Positions 32,160 through 42,544 of a stretch of 46,613 nucleotides of DNA are shown piece after piece. The DNA lies in the NCBI GenBank assembly GCA_008369845.1, contig MRSU01010545.1:1-46613 (forward strand), read 5' to 3'. The notes below the pieces were generated by a model. The model did not search any database and was not told where the DNA came from. It worked only from the letters and a program-made list of their open reading frames with translations. Every line of letters starts with the position of its first letter. Position 1 is the stretch's first letter. Position numbers and translations under genes: made by a program. This DNA is from Trichomonas gallinae (Eukaryota).

Positions 32160-33584
32160 ATGTTTTCCGTTGTCTTTGATTTTCTAAGTTGTTTTAAAGA
32201 ACTGTATGATTTGATCAAAGTACAGCCGAAAGAAACTCAACTCAAGATAAATGCGTATGTTATATCAGGATTGTTCCTCTTTGCTTGTCTCATATTTTAT
32301 AAAGATCCGATGATTTCAAATAATGAGGCATACGCTCCACAACCAGCCGGATATTTCATTAAAACAAGCATATCTACCGAAATATTTACTAAATTACAAT
32401 CACATGCAAAATTCGCATTCAATTCTTTTTATAATCAATGCAAAACATATGATGAAATTCGCCCAAATACCAACAAATGCATAAGTGTATACGGTTTCTC
32501 AAGTTCATTGATCGAATCTATTGAAACTCTGCATTTATTGAATTTAACTGAAGAATATTCAAAGGTAAGAGACTTTGTTAAGACTAATTTTACTTGTAAA
32601 AACTTGCATTGGGTAAGTAGACATGACTATTATTCAAGAATTGTCGCATCTTTTATCGGAAGTTATTTAGTTACCAGTGACAAGCTTTTTTACAACAAAG
32701 CAGTTGAATGCACAGAGTTGATAAACGATTTCGACTATGAATTTGCATTTCCGAGACCAAATTACAATTTGAATAATTTTTCTTATCTTAAAAGGTCATT
32801 TTTAAACGGATCACTTATCAAAGACTTTAATGCTGGATTTCCAGAACTCACAGCAATGTATCTAATTACAGGCGACACAATGTATCTAAATTATGTTCAA
32901 AAAGTGATGAAGCGTCTACCAATTCGCAAAAGATATGGACTTCCTGCTGTGATTTCTCCATGGCTTGGCATGTCAGGGACTTACTTCAACGAAACATGCC
33001 CTACAACGTCACCTTATTATTCGAATTTTGTTCTAGCGAATGTTCTCTACAAAACGAAATTAGGCACGAATCACATTAAATATTTCAGCCCAAACTTGAA
33101 GTCGTCATCGTGGAAGGATTATCCGAATTTAATAGCAGCATGGGCCATCGCGAATCAAACTGAGAGCTACTTCAATCTCTCGAATCCGCAGCACAGAGTG
33201 TCGCAAATCGCAGATGATGTAACACGATGTGCATCTGGCAATTGCAATGAATTTATACAAGAAAATTTTAAATTTGACGGACTAGATTTTGTTCCGATGC
33301 TGTTTCTTGACGCATCAATGCGAAATATGACTGCTTATTCAATCAGCAACATTTTGGACCAAAGAAAAAGAGAGTTTGGATATTCAGGCATCGCCCTTTC
33401 TGACCATGATGACAACATTCAACATTCAGAGTTGTTTAGCTCATTCCTCAAAGTTGGAGCGCTTTCTTTGATGGATTCTGACATTTTAGAAGATTTAGTT
33501 TTAAATGAAAATGGACATATCCTGAGATCATCAGGTTGCCTTTATCCACATTTACCTCAGTCCTCAAGAAAAATCAAACAATAA
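32160..33584 (+). CDS. Glycoside hydrolase family 47 (alpha-1,2-mannosidase/EDEM-like) homologue, divergent, type II membrane anchor
   Basis: AFNSFYNQCKTYDEIRP, SLIESIETLHLLNL, SRIVASFIGSY, QHSELFSSFLK and LNENGH align with GH47 motifs; N-terminal TM segment VISGLFLFACLIFY. Confidence 0.75.
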   Translation: MFSVVFDFLSCFKELYDLIKVQPKETQLKINAYVISGLFLFACLIFYKDPMISNNEAYAPQPAGYFIKTSISTEIFTKLQSHAKFAFNSFYNQCKTYDEIRPNTNKCISVYGFSSSLIESIETLHLLNLTEEYSKVRDFVKTNFTCKNLHWVSRHDYYSRIVASFIGSYLVTSDKLFYNKAVECTELINDFDYEFAFPRPNYNLNNFSYLKRSFLNGSLIKDFNAGFPELTAMYLITGDTMYLNYVQKVMKRLPIRKRYGLPAVISPWLGMSGTYFNETCPTTSPYYSNFVLANVLYKTKLGTNHIKYFSPNLKSSSWKDYPNLIAAWAIANQTESYFNLSNPQHRVSQIADDVTRCASGNCNEFIQENFKFDGLDFVPMLFLDASMRNMTAYSISNILDQRKREFGYSGIALSDHDDNIQHSELFSSFLKVGALSLMDSDILEDLVLNENGHILRSSGCLYPHLPQSSRKIKQ

Positions 33585-33716
33585 ATTATCGTATATCTAT
33601 GTGGATTATACCACTAACTCATTGGAAAAATTGGCGAAAAAATTGAAAACACGCTAATTCATCAAGAGAAAGAATGTATATGATATAAATTCAAGTTCCC
33701 ATTGTTTGAAGTCAAA

Positions 33717-33835
33717 TCAAAAAATCAGGATGGTAATACGGCTTTTATTTTGCTTCATATTAGTTTCATGAAACGATCAATTTTATTTTCTCGTTTCCCA
33801 TGAAATTGAAATATTGCTTCAGAAAATGATCATTA
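33717..33835 (+). pseudogene. Ankyrin-repeat gene remnant
   Basis: Frameshifted fragments SKNQDGNTAFI / FASY*FHETINF / FLVSHEIEI / IASENDH* match ankyrin consensus pieces. Confidence 0.5.
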
Positions 33836-34482
33836 AAAATCATCATTATAGCAGATATAAGCATATAGTTAATCATGCAAAATGATTTGCTCAAATATGA
33901 TTAAAATATCAGACTTAGCCACTTTTCAATCGTGTAAGGAAGGAAATGTTTTTCGATCCTGCTGCTGCTGATGATGATGAAGCTGTGCTAGATAATTCTT
34001 TTCAGTTTTTTTTTTGCACTTTTGAGACGAATGCTTTAAGCTTTAATATCAACAAATATTTTTTAATGCTTATCATATAATATTCAGTATAAGCTATTAA
34101 TTGAATCGATTCACGAAATTCACTCAATAGATTTTATTTTTTTGATCGAATCTAATCAAGTTTTTTTATGCCATCCAAAAGTGACAATTACCTCAATAAA
34201 TTCTTATAAAACAATACTAAAGTAATGAAAGAATCAAGTTTTTATAATTATTGTCGCTTTTGGAAAAACGTAAATTACAGAAATGTACAGAAATTTAAGA
34301 TTCAATTTTTCGCATCAAAACAAGCAGAATTAGCATTGTCACTAACAATATAAACACCTCACTTTGTCATCTTTTTCTTTAAAATTAAATCAGAAATAAA
34401 ATAAATATTGAGAGTCTATGAAATGGGCATAAAATTAAGCCGATTTTTTTGATCTCACAATTGTGGACAATTCACTATTTTT

Positions 34483-34998
34483 ATGGCGTGCAGAAGTATT
34501 AGGATATTACAGCATGGCTCCGTCGCAAAACGCATATTCGCCATACTTGGATTCCTGGCAACAGTAGCAGGACTTGCTGGAATGATCGTTTTCTACATTC
34601 AGTGGCTAGTTTCACTAGATAGGTATATAAAGAGTTTAAGGTCTAAAACATTCGATTACTTATTCAATGTTTGCGCTTCATGTGCAGGTTTCGGATTCGT
34701 TGCAGCCTTCTTTTGGGTTTTCTGGTGGATTCTTTGGGATTGGGAGTGTTTAAACAAACTTCAAGGCCCATTTTTCTGGCTAGCCATGGCATTTACATGT
34801 TTCGTGATCGGCTTCGGCATAACTTTATGCGTTAAAGTTAGAGAAGATTATTTTTGCCTACAAGTAGGAATATGGGGCGAGAAGAATCGTGATTGCAAAT
34901 ACTCATTCCCAGGAAACTGCGCATTATGCTGTGTTCTCATTCTTGCTGTTATCTGCGATTTTGTTGCATCAATCCTCGGCTCAGGAGCTGCAGTTTAA
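34483..34998 (+). CDS. Small four-TM membrane protein (tetraspanin/claudin-like topology)
   Basis: Four hydrophobic segments, Cys residues in the second extracellular loop, Inr TCACT at 34472-34476. Confidence 0.75.
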   Translation: MACRSIRILQHGSVAKRIFAILGFLATVAGLAGMIVFYIQWLVSLDRYIKSLRSKTFDYLFNVCASCAGFGFVAAFFWVFWWILWDWECLNKLQGPFFWLAMAFTCFVIGFGITLCVKVREDYFCLQVGIWGEKNRDCKYSFPGNCALCCVLILAVICDFVASILGSGAAV

Positions 34999-35169
34999 GA
35001 AACGGCTGTAAATCACAACAATAGTTTATGAATTTAAAATAATCTTGTTTTAAATTGTAAAGGATTCCCTATTTGACATGTAATTTTTTATTTGATATTT
35101 ATGAACAAAAGTGACATTCGTACCAATAAAAGTGACATGATGCTATAAGTAGATAACAAATTTCATGCA

Positions 35170-36036
35170 TAGTGATGCTCCAGACAACACAATACTTTCC
35201 TATGCGTCACCGAAACATGTCATTGCATACAATCAAATATTTGAATAGAATCAAAGATGACAGACATATATTCTCGATCTGTCAAATCATTCTTGTCATT
35301 TTCTTATTTTCATCGGATTCACGAAGAAAGCCTAAGATCTAGTACTTTTCGAAGCATTTTTATGCTGATCTAATAAATTGCAAGCAACTTACTTCAATCT
35401 GCAAAACTTGCTTCCATTGATCATCCTTGAAATATATTACATTACCAGAAGATGGACCATTGACTGAACTGTCAACAGGCTGCTTTTCCTACTCGGGATT
35501 AGTTGAAGTCAAGATCCCTAATACGGTTTTGCCATAAGCATAATTTGAAACTAATTAGAATTCTCGGACGGACCCTTTAATAACTGTTACTATTTGAACA
35601 AAATAGAAATCCCTAGAGACAGCAATTTAACAAGCATCAGTTATGCTCTTGCAAGCAATTTAAGGACGCTTTGTTGAGTTCATCCCTGACATAGAGATGA
35701 TTAAAATTGATTCATTTATTAGCTCCCCGAACATATATCAAAGGTGACACAATCAATAACTGCCACATTTTCAAACTCACTGTTATTTCATATTCTACTT
35801 GTTCCTTCCTTAGATTTGAGTCATCATCCTTAATCAGCTGTCCTCTTCTTTGTGATATCAAATACACAATCGATTTGAGACCTGTTCAACATCATTTCAA
35901 TAAAGACTTCTTTACTAACAAAACTCAATACTTTATCACATCACCATCGAATGCATCATGTGGAAGTGTCCGCATTTCATTCATAAGCGAACACTCGTGC
36001 AGCATCATTCATTTCTGCACAGCATCGGACACATAA
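35170..36036 (+). pseudogene. BspA-like (TpLRR/LRR_5) surface protein pseudogene
   Basis: One frame reads DLINCKQLTSICKTCFH*SSLKYITLPEDGPLTELSTGCFSYSGLVEVKIPNTVLP* (stops at 35340, 35418, 35535). After a frameshift it reads GPFNNCYYLNKIEIPRDSNLTSISY (from 35570; stop at 35675). Boundaries are approximate. Confidence 0.75.
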
Positions 36037-37084
36037 TTGTTCTTTTCCAAATCATTATTCGCGGTTCTTTCCATGTGTAGCAAATGACTCAACAGGTTAA
36101 TTTAGATTGATAATGTTGAACATTTGCATTGGAGGAGATTAGTTATGGATACAAAGATATAAAAATTTATCAAATGACTTTATTTTCGATTGAATATATT
36201 GAATAATTTCATTCGTAGAACTTTGTTTGGCGATTTCAATAATCGTATTTGTCAATGATGAATATATAAGAATGATAAACAAATGTAATCGATGAATTCC
36301 TTATAATGATGATAAACAATTGTGACTGTTGAGTTTATTACTACAACGATAAACAAATCGATATTGCAATATCGACAATCATGTATTTCATCTATTTGAT
36401 AAACATGATGCTGTTCATTTTTTCAAAAATCATATTTTTTTTTCATATTTTCGACTATCATAATTTTTTTTTATTTAATGTTATAATGTTCTTTGGAACA
36501 GGTGGAGGGAATGTCTCTCATTAAAACATCATTGCTGTGAATTTCCATTATACAGTCACATATTTCCTTAAATAAAGTCATTAGTGAATAGTTTGTGAGA
36601 TCTTGATTTTTTTGCAAGTATTCAGCAAGTAGGGTTGCAACTTTGGAAGATCAAAACTTTTTCATATTTGCTGAGTTTTTTAAACATTGTATTAGTTTCA
36701 ATTTTTGCTAGCAATGTTGATGGCTTCTTAAAAATGCGATTTGACAAAATCGATGAAACCCGACATGTAAAGCATACAAATATTCCCTAAATATGACAAT
36801 TCGTCATGTAAAGACGTTTGCATAACTGATAGCTAGTATTATTGCTTTATTAAGCCTGGAAGTGGATATTGTTATTGGTATTTAGCCAGACTTCATGAAA
36901 TCCCATGACCAGTATAGGAGAAACAATTTTAAAATCGACTGTTTGAAATCTTTCATTTAATTCTATCATTTTAGTCAAGCATCATTCATTGGTGCAGATA
37001 AGCATTGCATTTTCCACTTCTGAAGCATCTATGGTCATGTGAAGATTTTTGTTCAGAGGAGTCTCCCCCTATTTTATAATTCTT

Positions 37085-38014
37085 ATGACAGTAATATATG
37101 AGAGTGATAAACTCGTATTTGACGTAGATTGGAGTCCAGATGGCCGTTATCTGGCTATTGTTGGTGCATCAAATGAACTTGTCGTATTAAAATTCGATGA
37201 TGAAGATTTATTTAAATTTGAAGAAGTTTATAGAGAGAAAAAACAAAGAGTAATAAGGAGAGTGCATTGGGCATCAAATGGACGCAAGCTTGCTATAGCT
37301 TGTTTCGATGGTAATGCAGTAATTTACGAATTCAATGAGCATAAAACGCCAATACTGGAGAATGTTGGACAATTACTTGAAAATGATAAAGAACTAAAAA
37401 CAGCTAGATGGTCTAACAGCAATGACAAGATAGTTACCTGCAACAGAGATAAATGCATTTTTGTCTGGAGCGTCGAAGATATGGATTACATTGTTATGCA
37501 TACAGAGCACAAGGCCGACGTTAAGGATGTCATGTTTTCTCCTGATGATTCCAAACTTGTTTCTGTCTCATTTGATGGAACAGTGAAAGTTTGGTCAACA
37601 CTCGAAGAATATGGAAGTTTACAAACATTCACGCATCATACTGATACAGTTTGGGGAATAGCCTTTAATAATGAATGTGATGAATTCGTAACAGTAGGAG
37701 AAGATGGAAAAGCAGTGTATTATGTAGAAGAGGATGGAAAGTACATTGATGCAGGAGAGATCCAACTTCAAAGACCATTAGATTCATTATATGCAATTAC
37801 ATATCGTAGAGGAGAGTGGCTTGCTGCTGGTGCCAACCATATTATTCATGTAATATCAGATAGCTTTGAGAAAAAGATCGATGAATTTGATACAGGCCAG
37901 CAAGGAGATATTAATTGTATAAAGCCGAACCCTGAGAAACCAAATATCATTGCAGTTGCAAGTGATGATGGAACAGTAATGCTATTTGAACGTGAGCTTA
38001 GCTCCATTATTTAA
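37085..38014 (+). CDS. CIA1: Cytosolic iron-sulfur assembly WD40 protein Cia1/CIAO1
   Basis: First ATG at 37085. RVIRRVHW, ACFDG, KELKTARWS, TCNRDKCIFVW, EHKADVKDV, HTDTVWGIAF, DINCIKPNP and ASDDGTV match Cia1 blade motifs in order. Confidence 0.8.
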   Translation: MTVIYESDKLVFDVDWSPDGRYLAIVGASNELVVLKFDDEDLFKFEEVYREKKQRVIRRVHWASNGRKLAIACFDGNAVIYEFNEHKTPILENVGQLLENDKELKTARWSNSNDKIVTCNRDKCIFVWSVEDMDYIVMHTEHKADVKDVMFSPDDSKLVSVSFDGTVKVWSTLEEYGSLQTFTHHTDTVWGIAFNNECDEFVTVGEDGKAVYYVEEDGKYIDAGEIQLQRPLDSLYAITYRRGEWLAAGANHIIHVISDSFEKKIDEFDTGQQGDINCIKPNPEKPNIIAVASDDGTVMLFERELSSII

Positions 38015-38456
38015 TTATTTTTTGTTTGAATAATATATTATAAAGGATTCATAGATATGAAAAAAATCAATATAATATATCTATCTCAATAAATGTTCAA
38101 GCTCATTCATTTGAACAAAAATTGTATTCTTATATAACTAGATATGATATGTTTTTGAGATAAATTCTGCTTTGAACTTGAAATGATCGATTTTGGAGCA
38201 TGTTATATGTTTGATTCATACAATCAGATTATAAATATATGATTTTATAACCAATTCATGAAGATAATTTAGAATTATGTAACATTATAATTTTACTTCG
38301 TATTTTTAGTTGAGATATGGGAATATTGACTCTTAGCTGCAATAAAAGTTATTTATAAAACAACAACCTTCAAAACATAATATATAAAAAGCTTTGATTC
38401 GATGTCAAAAAATTAATAAATTTTGACATGTATAGCGTCATTTTTGAATCTTGTGA

Positions 38457-38861
38457 ATGTTTTTCGCTTTAATAATTTCCAGCATATACTGTGCCATAGA
38501 TGCAAAAGATAACACAACAGAGTCTTCTCAGTTTCCGAAAGTAATTCCGACGAGAACACCTATACCAGAAGAGCCAGATGATCCAGATATCACGAAACTT
38601 CCAGAAGCCACCGAAGAAGTTATATACGCTAATATTTTAAAGAATATCGAGATTAATTCTGTAACTTATGTCGGATTTGCCTTGATTGGTGTAATTTTAT
38701 TGCTATTTATCGGATGGAAATTCTGCTATTCAACTGCTTCAAATGCAGTAGATATTCCAGATGACATGGAAATCAACTTAAACAATCAAGATCCGGATAA
38801 TGATAATATTAGAGTCGAAGTTGATGATTTTGAAGATAATTCCGACAAGCAAGAAGCATAA
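38457..38861 (+). CDS. Small type I membrane protein (signal peptide, P/T-rich stalk, one TM, acidic tail)
   Basis: MFFALIISSIYC signal; IPTRTPIPEEP; TM VGFALIGVILLLFIGW; Inr TCATT at 38438-38442. Confidence 0.75.
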   Translation: MFFALIISSIYCAIDAKDNTTESSQFPKVIPTRTPIPEEPDDPDITKLPEATEEVIYANILKNIEINSVTYVGFALIGVILLLFIGWKFCYSTASNAVDIPDDMEINLNNQDPDNDNIRVEVDDFEDNSDKQEA

Positions 38862-39335
38862 CTACTTCAATCCCATAATTGTATGAAAATTAAACTCTTC
38901 TTTTTACAAATAATCGATTATAAATTTTGTATTGCATTACAATGATACCCATTAATAACCTTAAAAAGTAATAGATTTGAGATTGTCTTGTGATTTTTTA
39001 TGTTTAAATACAAATAGATTTCAACCTAAATAAATTTGCACATTTTTGTAGTGAACATAACGATATAGAACTATTATTGCTCATTTCTTTATGTATGCAA
39101 TCATATTTTGTATAAAAACAAAATGAATTCAAAAGCAACAAAAATTATTTAAATTGGAGAGCTTTGTATTTAAAATATCGACATAATAAATTGGACCACA
39201 TGTTGTATTTCATGATATTTGAAGATTAAACATGTAAATTAGAATTAACATTAAAATGAAATATTATGACAGCAATATGTAAATACATAATATTAATCTT
39301 TATCAATCTCTATAAACTTAACTGTACGAGAAAAG

Positions 39336-40298
39336 TTATGACAATAAAAGCTTAATAAGTGTTTTCTCACCATCACTGATAGAATACGATATTTCATAAA
39401 GCAATGGCCTCATGTTTGGACTAATGAATGTTGTTTTGATGGATCCATTAATTTTATCACCAACTTTAACATTTATTTTTTTATGCAGAGGAAATCCTAA
39501 CTGATAAAAACTCGTGTGTGGAGATGTAGAAAACACAGTTGTTCCGTTAGATTTAGGAAAATAAATATCATACCATGACACAAATCCATCAAAAATGTCA
39601 TCCTTAGTAACTTCAAAGTTGAAGTCACCAGATACATCAGTATTCCCATCACTTTGTGCTGGAGAAATTGATTTATAAATTATTGGCTGTGATATCATTT
39701 TTCCTTCATACAATAATATCGATTCCACACATGAATTACTGAGCTCATTGGCAGATTTATAGTTATACCCATAAACATCACCATCCCAATATGATTTCGG
39801 TTGGATTACGAGTTTTGCTTTTGGAGCAATGAGAAAATCGATTTTAGATGGTATGGTTATTCCATTTTCAGCGAGAAATAATGTCTTTGCGCGTAAAAAT
39901 GAAAGATAAAGTGATTGAAGTAAAAGACCAAGCCCGAAAAAGAATGAAAAAATAATATCAACCTTTTCAGGCAGTTGTATTTCTTCTAATTCACATGTTA
40001 AAACTGTGATTTTGTCTTGTAAATTATTATCGATAATCGCTTGTTTAGAATAGATACCCATTGTTGACGGTTCCCATGCATATACATGTTTTGCTCCTGC
40101 TTTGATTGCTAGCATTGAGAAAATTCCTGTTCCTGAGCCAATTTCCATCACGATTTTATCTTTAAACAGAGAATTATCTTTAATTGCATCGACATATTGT
40201 TTAAAAACGACTGTATCCTTTAAAAGCTGCTCATGATATGAAATATGGCCGCGAATATTATAATAAAAATCAGCAGATGTCGCGACATCTCCTTCCAT
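39336..40298 (-). CDS. PRMT1-like arginine methyltransferase homologue lacking the double-E and THW motifs
   Basis: HEQLLKD, FKDKIVMEIGSGTGIFSMLA, AGAKHVYAWE, LPEKVDII, GFVSWYDIYF and FSTSP; Inr TCATT on the minus strand at 40307-40311. Confidence 0.85.
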   Translation of the reverse strand: MEGDVATSADFYYNIRGHISYHEQLLKDTVVFKQYVDAIKDNSLFKDKIVMEIGSGTGIFSMLAIKAGAKHVYAWEPSTMGIYSKQAIIDNNLQDKITVLTCELEEIQLPEKVDIIFSFFFGLGLLLQSLYLSFLRAKTLFLAENGITIPSKIDFLIAPKAKLVIQPKSYWDGDVYGYNYKSANELSNSCVESILLYEGKMISQPIIYKSISPAQSDGNTDVSGDFNFEVTKDDIFDGFVSWYDIYFPKSNGTTVFSTSPHTSFYQLGFPLHKKINVKVGDKINGSIKTTFISPNMRPLLYEISYSISDGEKTLIKLLLS

Positions 40299-40372
40299 TA
40301 TTAAAAAATGATTTTCAAATAAAAATAGAATGAATTTTATTGTATTTCTATAACATTATTAGAAAATTTTGA

Positions 40373-41773
40373 TTATTGAATTTGATCAATTAAACTAGTC
40401 TGATAATGCTCTGGGAATTGTTCTGCCAGATTGAGCATCAAAACTTCGAAATCGCATTTCGTATTAAGATCTTGAATTTCTGGATAGATGGATTCTATTG
40501 TATCAAATATATCTGTTTCGACATAAGAGTTCAATACTTTCTCTAATAAATGTTCACTCACACTAGCCATCATTGTGATATTTGTTAAAGTGACAGCGCA
40601 GCTTCTGAGGAATGAGCCTGATTCTAGAGAAATGAAATCAGCTAATGTTTCAATGATATTTAAATCAAGAATATTTTCGAACCAATCATAATTTTGATGC
40701 TTCAAAATACTTGTGACAACTTGCAGAGCTCTCTCTTTAACTACGATTAATCCTGTTTCTATCATTTCAATGACAGTTTGAATGATTCCTGATGAAAGAA
40801 TATATCGAACGAAAGATAAATACATTTTGCAGAGTTCCGAGCATAGGTCAAGGAATCCTAGTTGTGATTCGAGTGGTTTATTATCAAGAACATCAACTAT
40901 CATTGATAAATCCCATTTTTCGAAAAATCTTGGATCGCCGAGATCAGCATAGGCCTTTATGATTGAGTAAATGAATCTATCGCAAGCTGGTTCTCCTTCT
41001 TGGAATGTGATAAAGAGAACTTCTATTGGGAAACTCGATAACATTTTAAAGATTGATTCTTCTTCAAGTGAAACTGCAGCAAATGCTGCATATAACATCT
41101 CACTTGTTAAAACTTTTGTTTGTTTTGTGATTTCTATAATGAAATCTGTTAAATTTAATAAAATAATTTTGAGATCTTCTTTCTCATTGATATTTTCGGA
41201 AAGGCTAATGAGAATGTTTGTAATTATATTAATTGCACAATTTAATTGTGGTGGATCAAGCTGCTGCTCAAAAATTGAATTTGCAATTTTTTGATGAATT
41301 CCAGTTTCATAGAAAGCTTTGCACGCAGGAGCATTCGACGCAGTGAGTCTTGTATAGTATTTAAATATAACTTCTAGATCATTAACTACTGGTAAAACTC
41401 CATTTTCGACAAGATCAAATGATTCGGGTGCAAAAAGCTGTGTGACGTTTAAATCTCGAAATCCTGCTAAGAATGTTAGCATTTCTATTATTCTGCGAAA
41501 TGAAATGCTGAAATCTGAATTCGATAAAACATCCAAGAAAAATCCAATCAAATTTTTCTCCATAAACATGTCTAATGGTATGTTATATGTATTATGTAGC
41601 ATTTGATTGAAATCTTCTAATACATCACTAAACCGTTTGTGATCAGGAATCGAAAAAACTTCAAAAAGGCGATCAATTATAATATCAAGTGTTACAGGTT
41701 CTGGTTCTTCTGGTTTTGACATGATATGTGATTCATTTGCCTGATTTTGATTCTCAGAATCCTTATATTCCAT
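40373..41773 (-). CDS. ARM-repeat protein, divergent importin-alpha-like (466 aa)
   Basis: Acidic helical ORF; ILSSGIIQTVIEMI...VKERALQVVTSIL...ILDLNIIETLADFI ARM pattern; GTCACTTTT motif upstream (41797-41805). Confidence 0.65.
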   Translation of the reverse strand: MEYKDSENQNQANESHIMSKPEEPEPVTLDIIIDRLFEVFSIPDHKRFSDVLEDFNQMLHNTYNIPLDMFMEKNLIGFFLDVLSNSDFSISFRRIIEMLTFLAGFRDLNVTQLFAPESFDLVENGVLPVVNDLEVIFKYYTRLTASNAPACKAFYETGIHQKIANSIFEQQLDPPQLNCAINIITNILISLSENINEKEDLKIILLNLTDFIIEITKQTKVLTSEMLYAAFAAVSLEEESIFKMLSSFPIEVLFITFQEGEPACDRFIYSIIKAYADLGDPRFFEKWDLSMIVDVLDNKPLESQLGFLDLCSELCKMYLSFVRYILSSGIIQTVIEMIETGLIVVKERALQVVTSILKHQNYDWFENILDLNIIETLADFISLESGSFLRSCAVTLTNITMMASVSEHLLEKVLNSYVETDIFDTIESIYPEIQDLNTKCDFEVLMLNLAEQFPEHYQTSLIDQIQ

Positions 41774-42544
41774 TTAAAATCTCTTTAGACATCACGAAAA
41801 GTGACAAAATTTTAATTGTTAAAATTTCTTCCGAACATAAATTTCGAAAGTATGTACATAATAACGCAGAATTTTGATTTAAATTTTAAAAATGAATAAA
41901 AATTCTATCTTTAGAATTGATTTTAAGCCAAATCATCAATATATTTAATTATATAACAATACACTAAGTAATGATAAATCATTTAATTCTGAATTTAATG
42001 AAAATTTTAATTATTCAATTTCCTAAAGCTCTTCAAATAGAGATATAGAATATGTAGTAATAAAATGATCAAGCATAACAAATCAAGTTATTCGTTAAAT
42101 TGATCAGAAGACCATATTAAATTCAATATCAAAATAGTAATGTAAAATCTATTGCAAACGTTTCCACGAGCTCAATAAAGTAGTAACAAATTGTATCAAG
42201 TTCTGGAATTCCACGAGCACATTCAAAAATAGAAATTGTTAATTAAAACTTTAATAATAACATTTCACAACTCATTAAACACAGCGGAATATAAATAATC
42301 ATACTTTACAGACTGTAATACACAATTGTAACACATCGTCTATCATTAAAAATTTGAACAAATCAAAATTATAAAAAATCATAGTTTGAAAAATCTCTTT
42401 TTTGCGTGATTATATCAAGCCATTCGGCAAAAATATGACAGTGATGATCAGCAAGTTATATTAATTTGGCCAACAAATATGAATAAATTTCATGATTGGA
42501 TTCATTATTAAAAAAAGTATGAATTTATATCAGATAACAAGATT

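Noticed and set aside
41850..41869. GTATGT...TAACGCAG mini-intron-like string
   Set aside because: Lies in intergenic DNA on the strand opposite the flanking genes and is only 20 nt.
42162..42218. 10-bp direct repeat TTCCACGAGC
   Set aside because: Only two copies, with no element structure between them.
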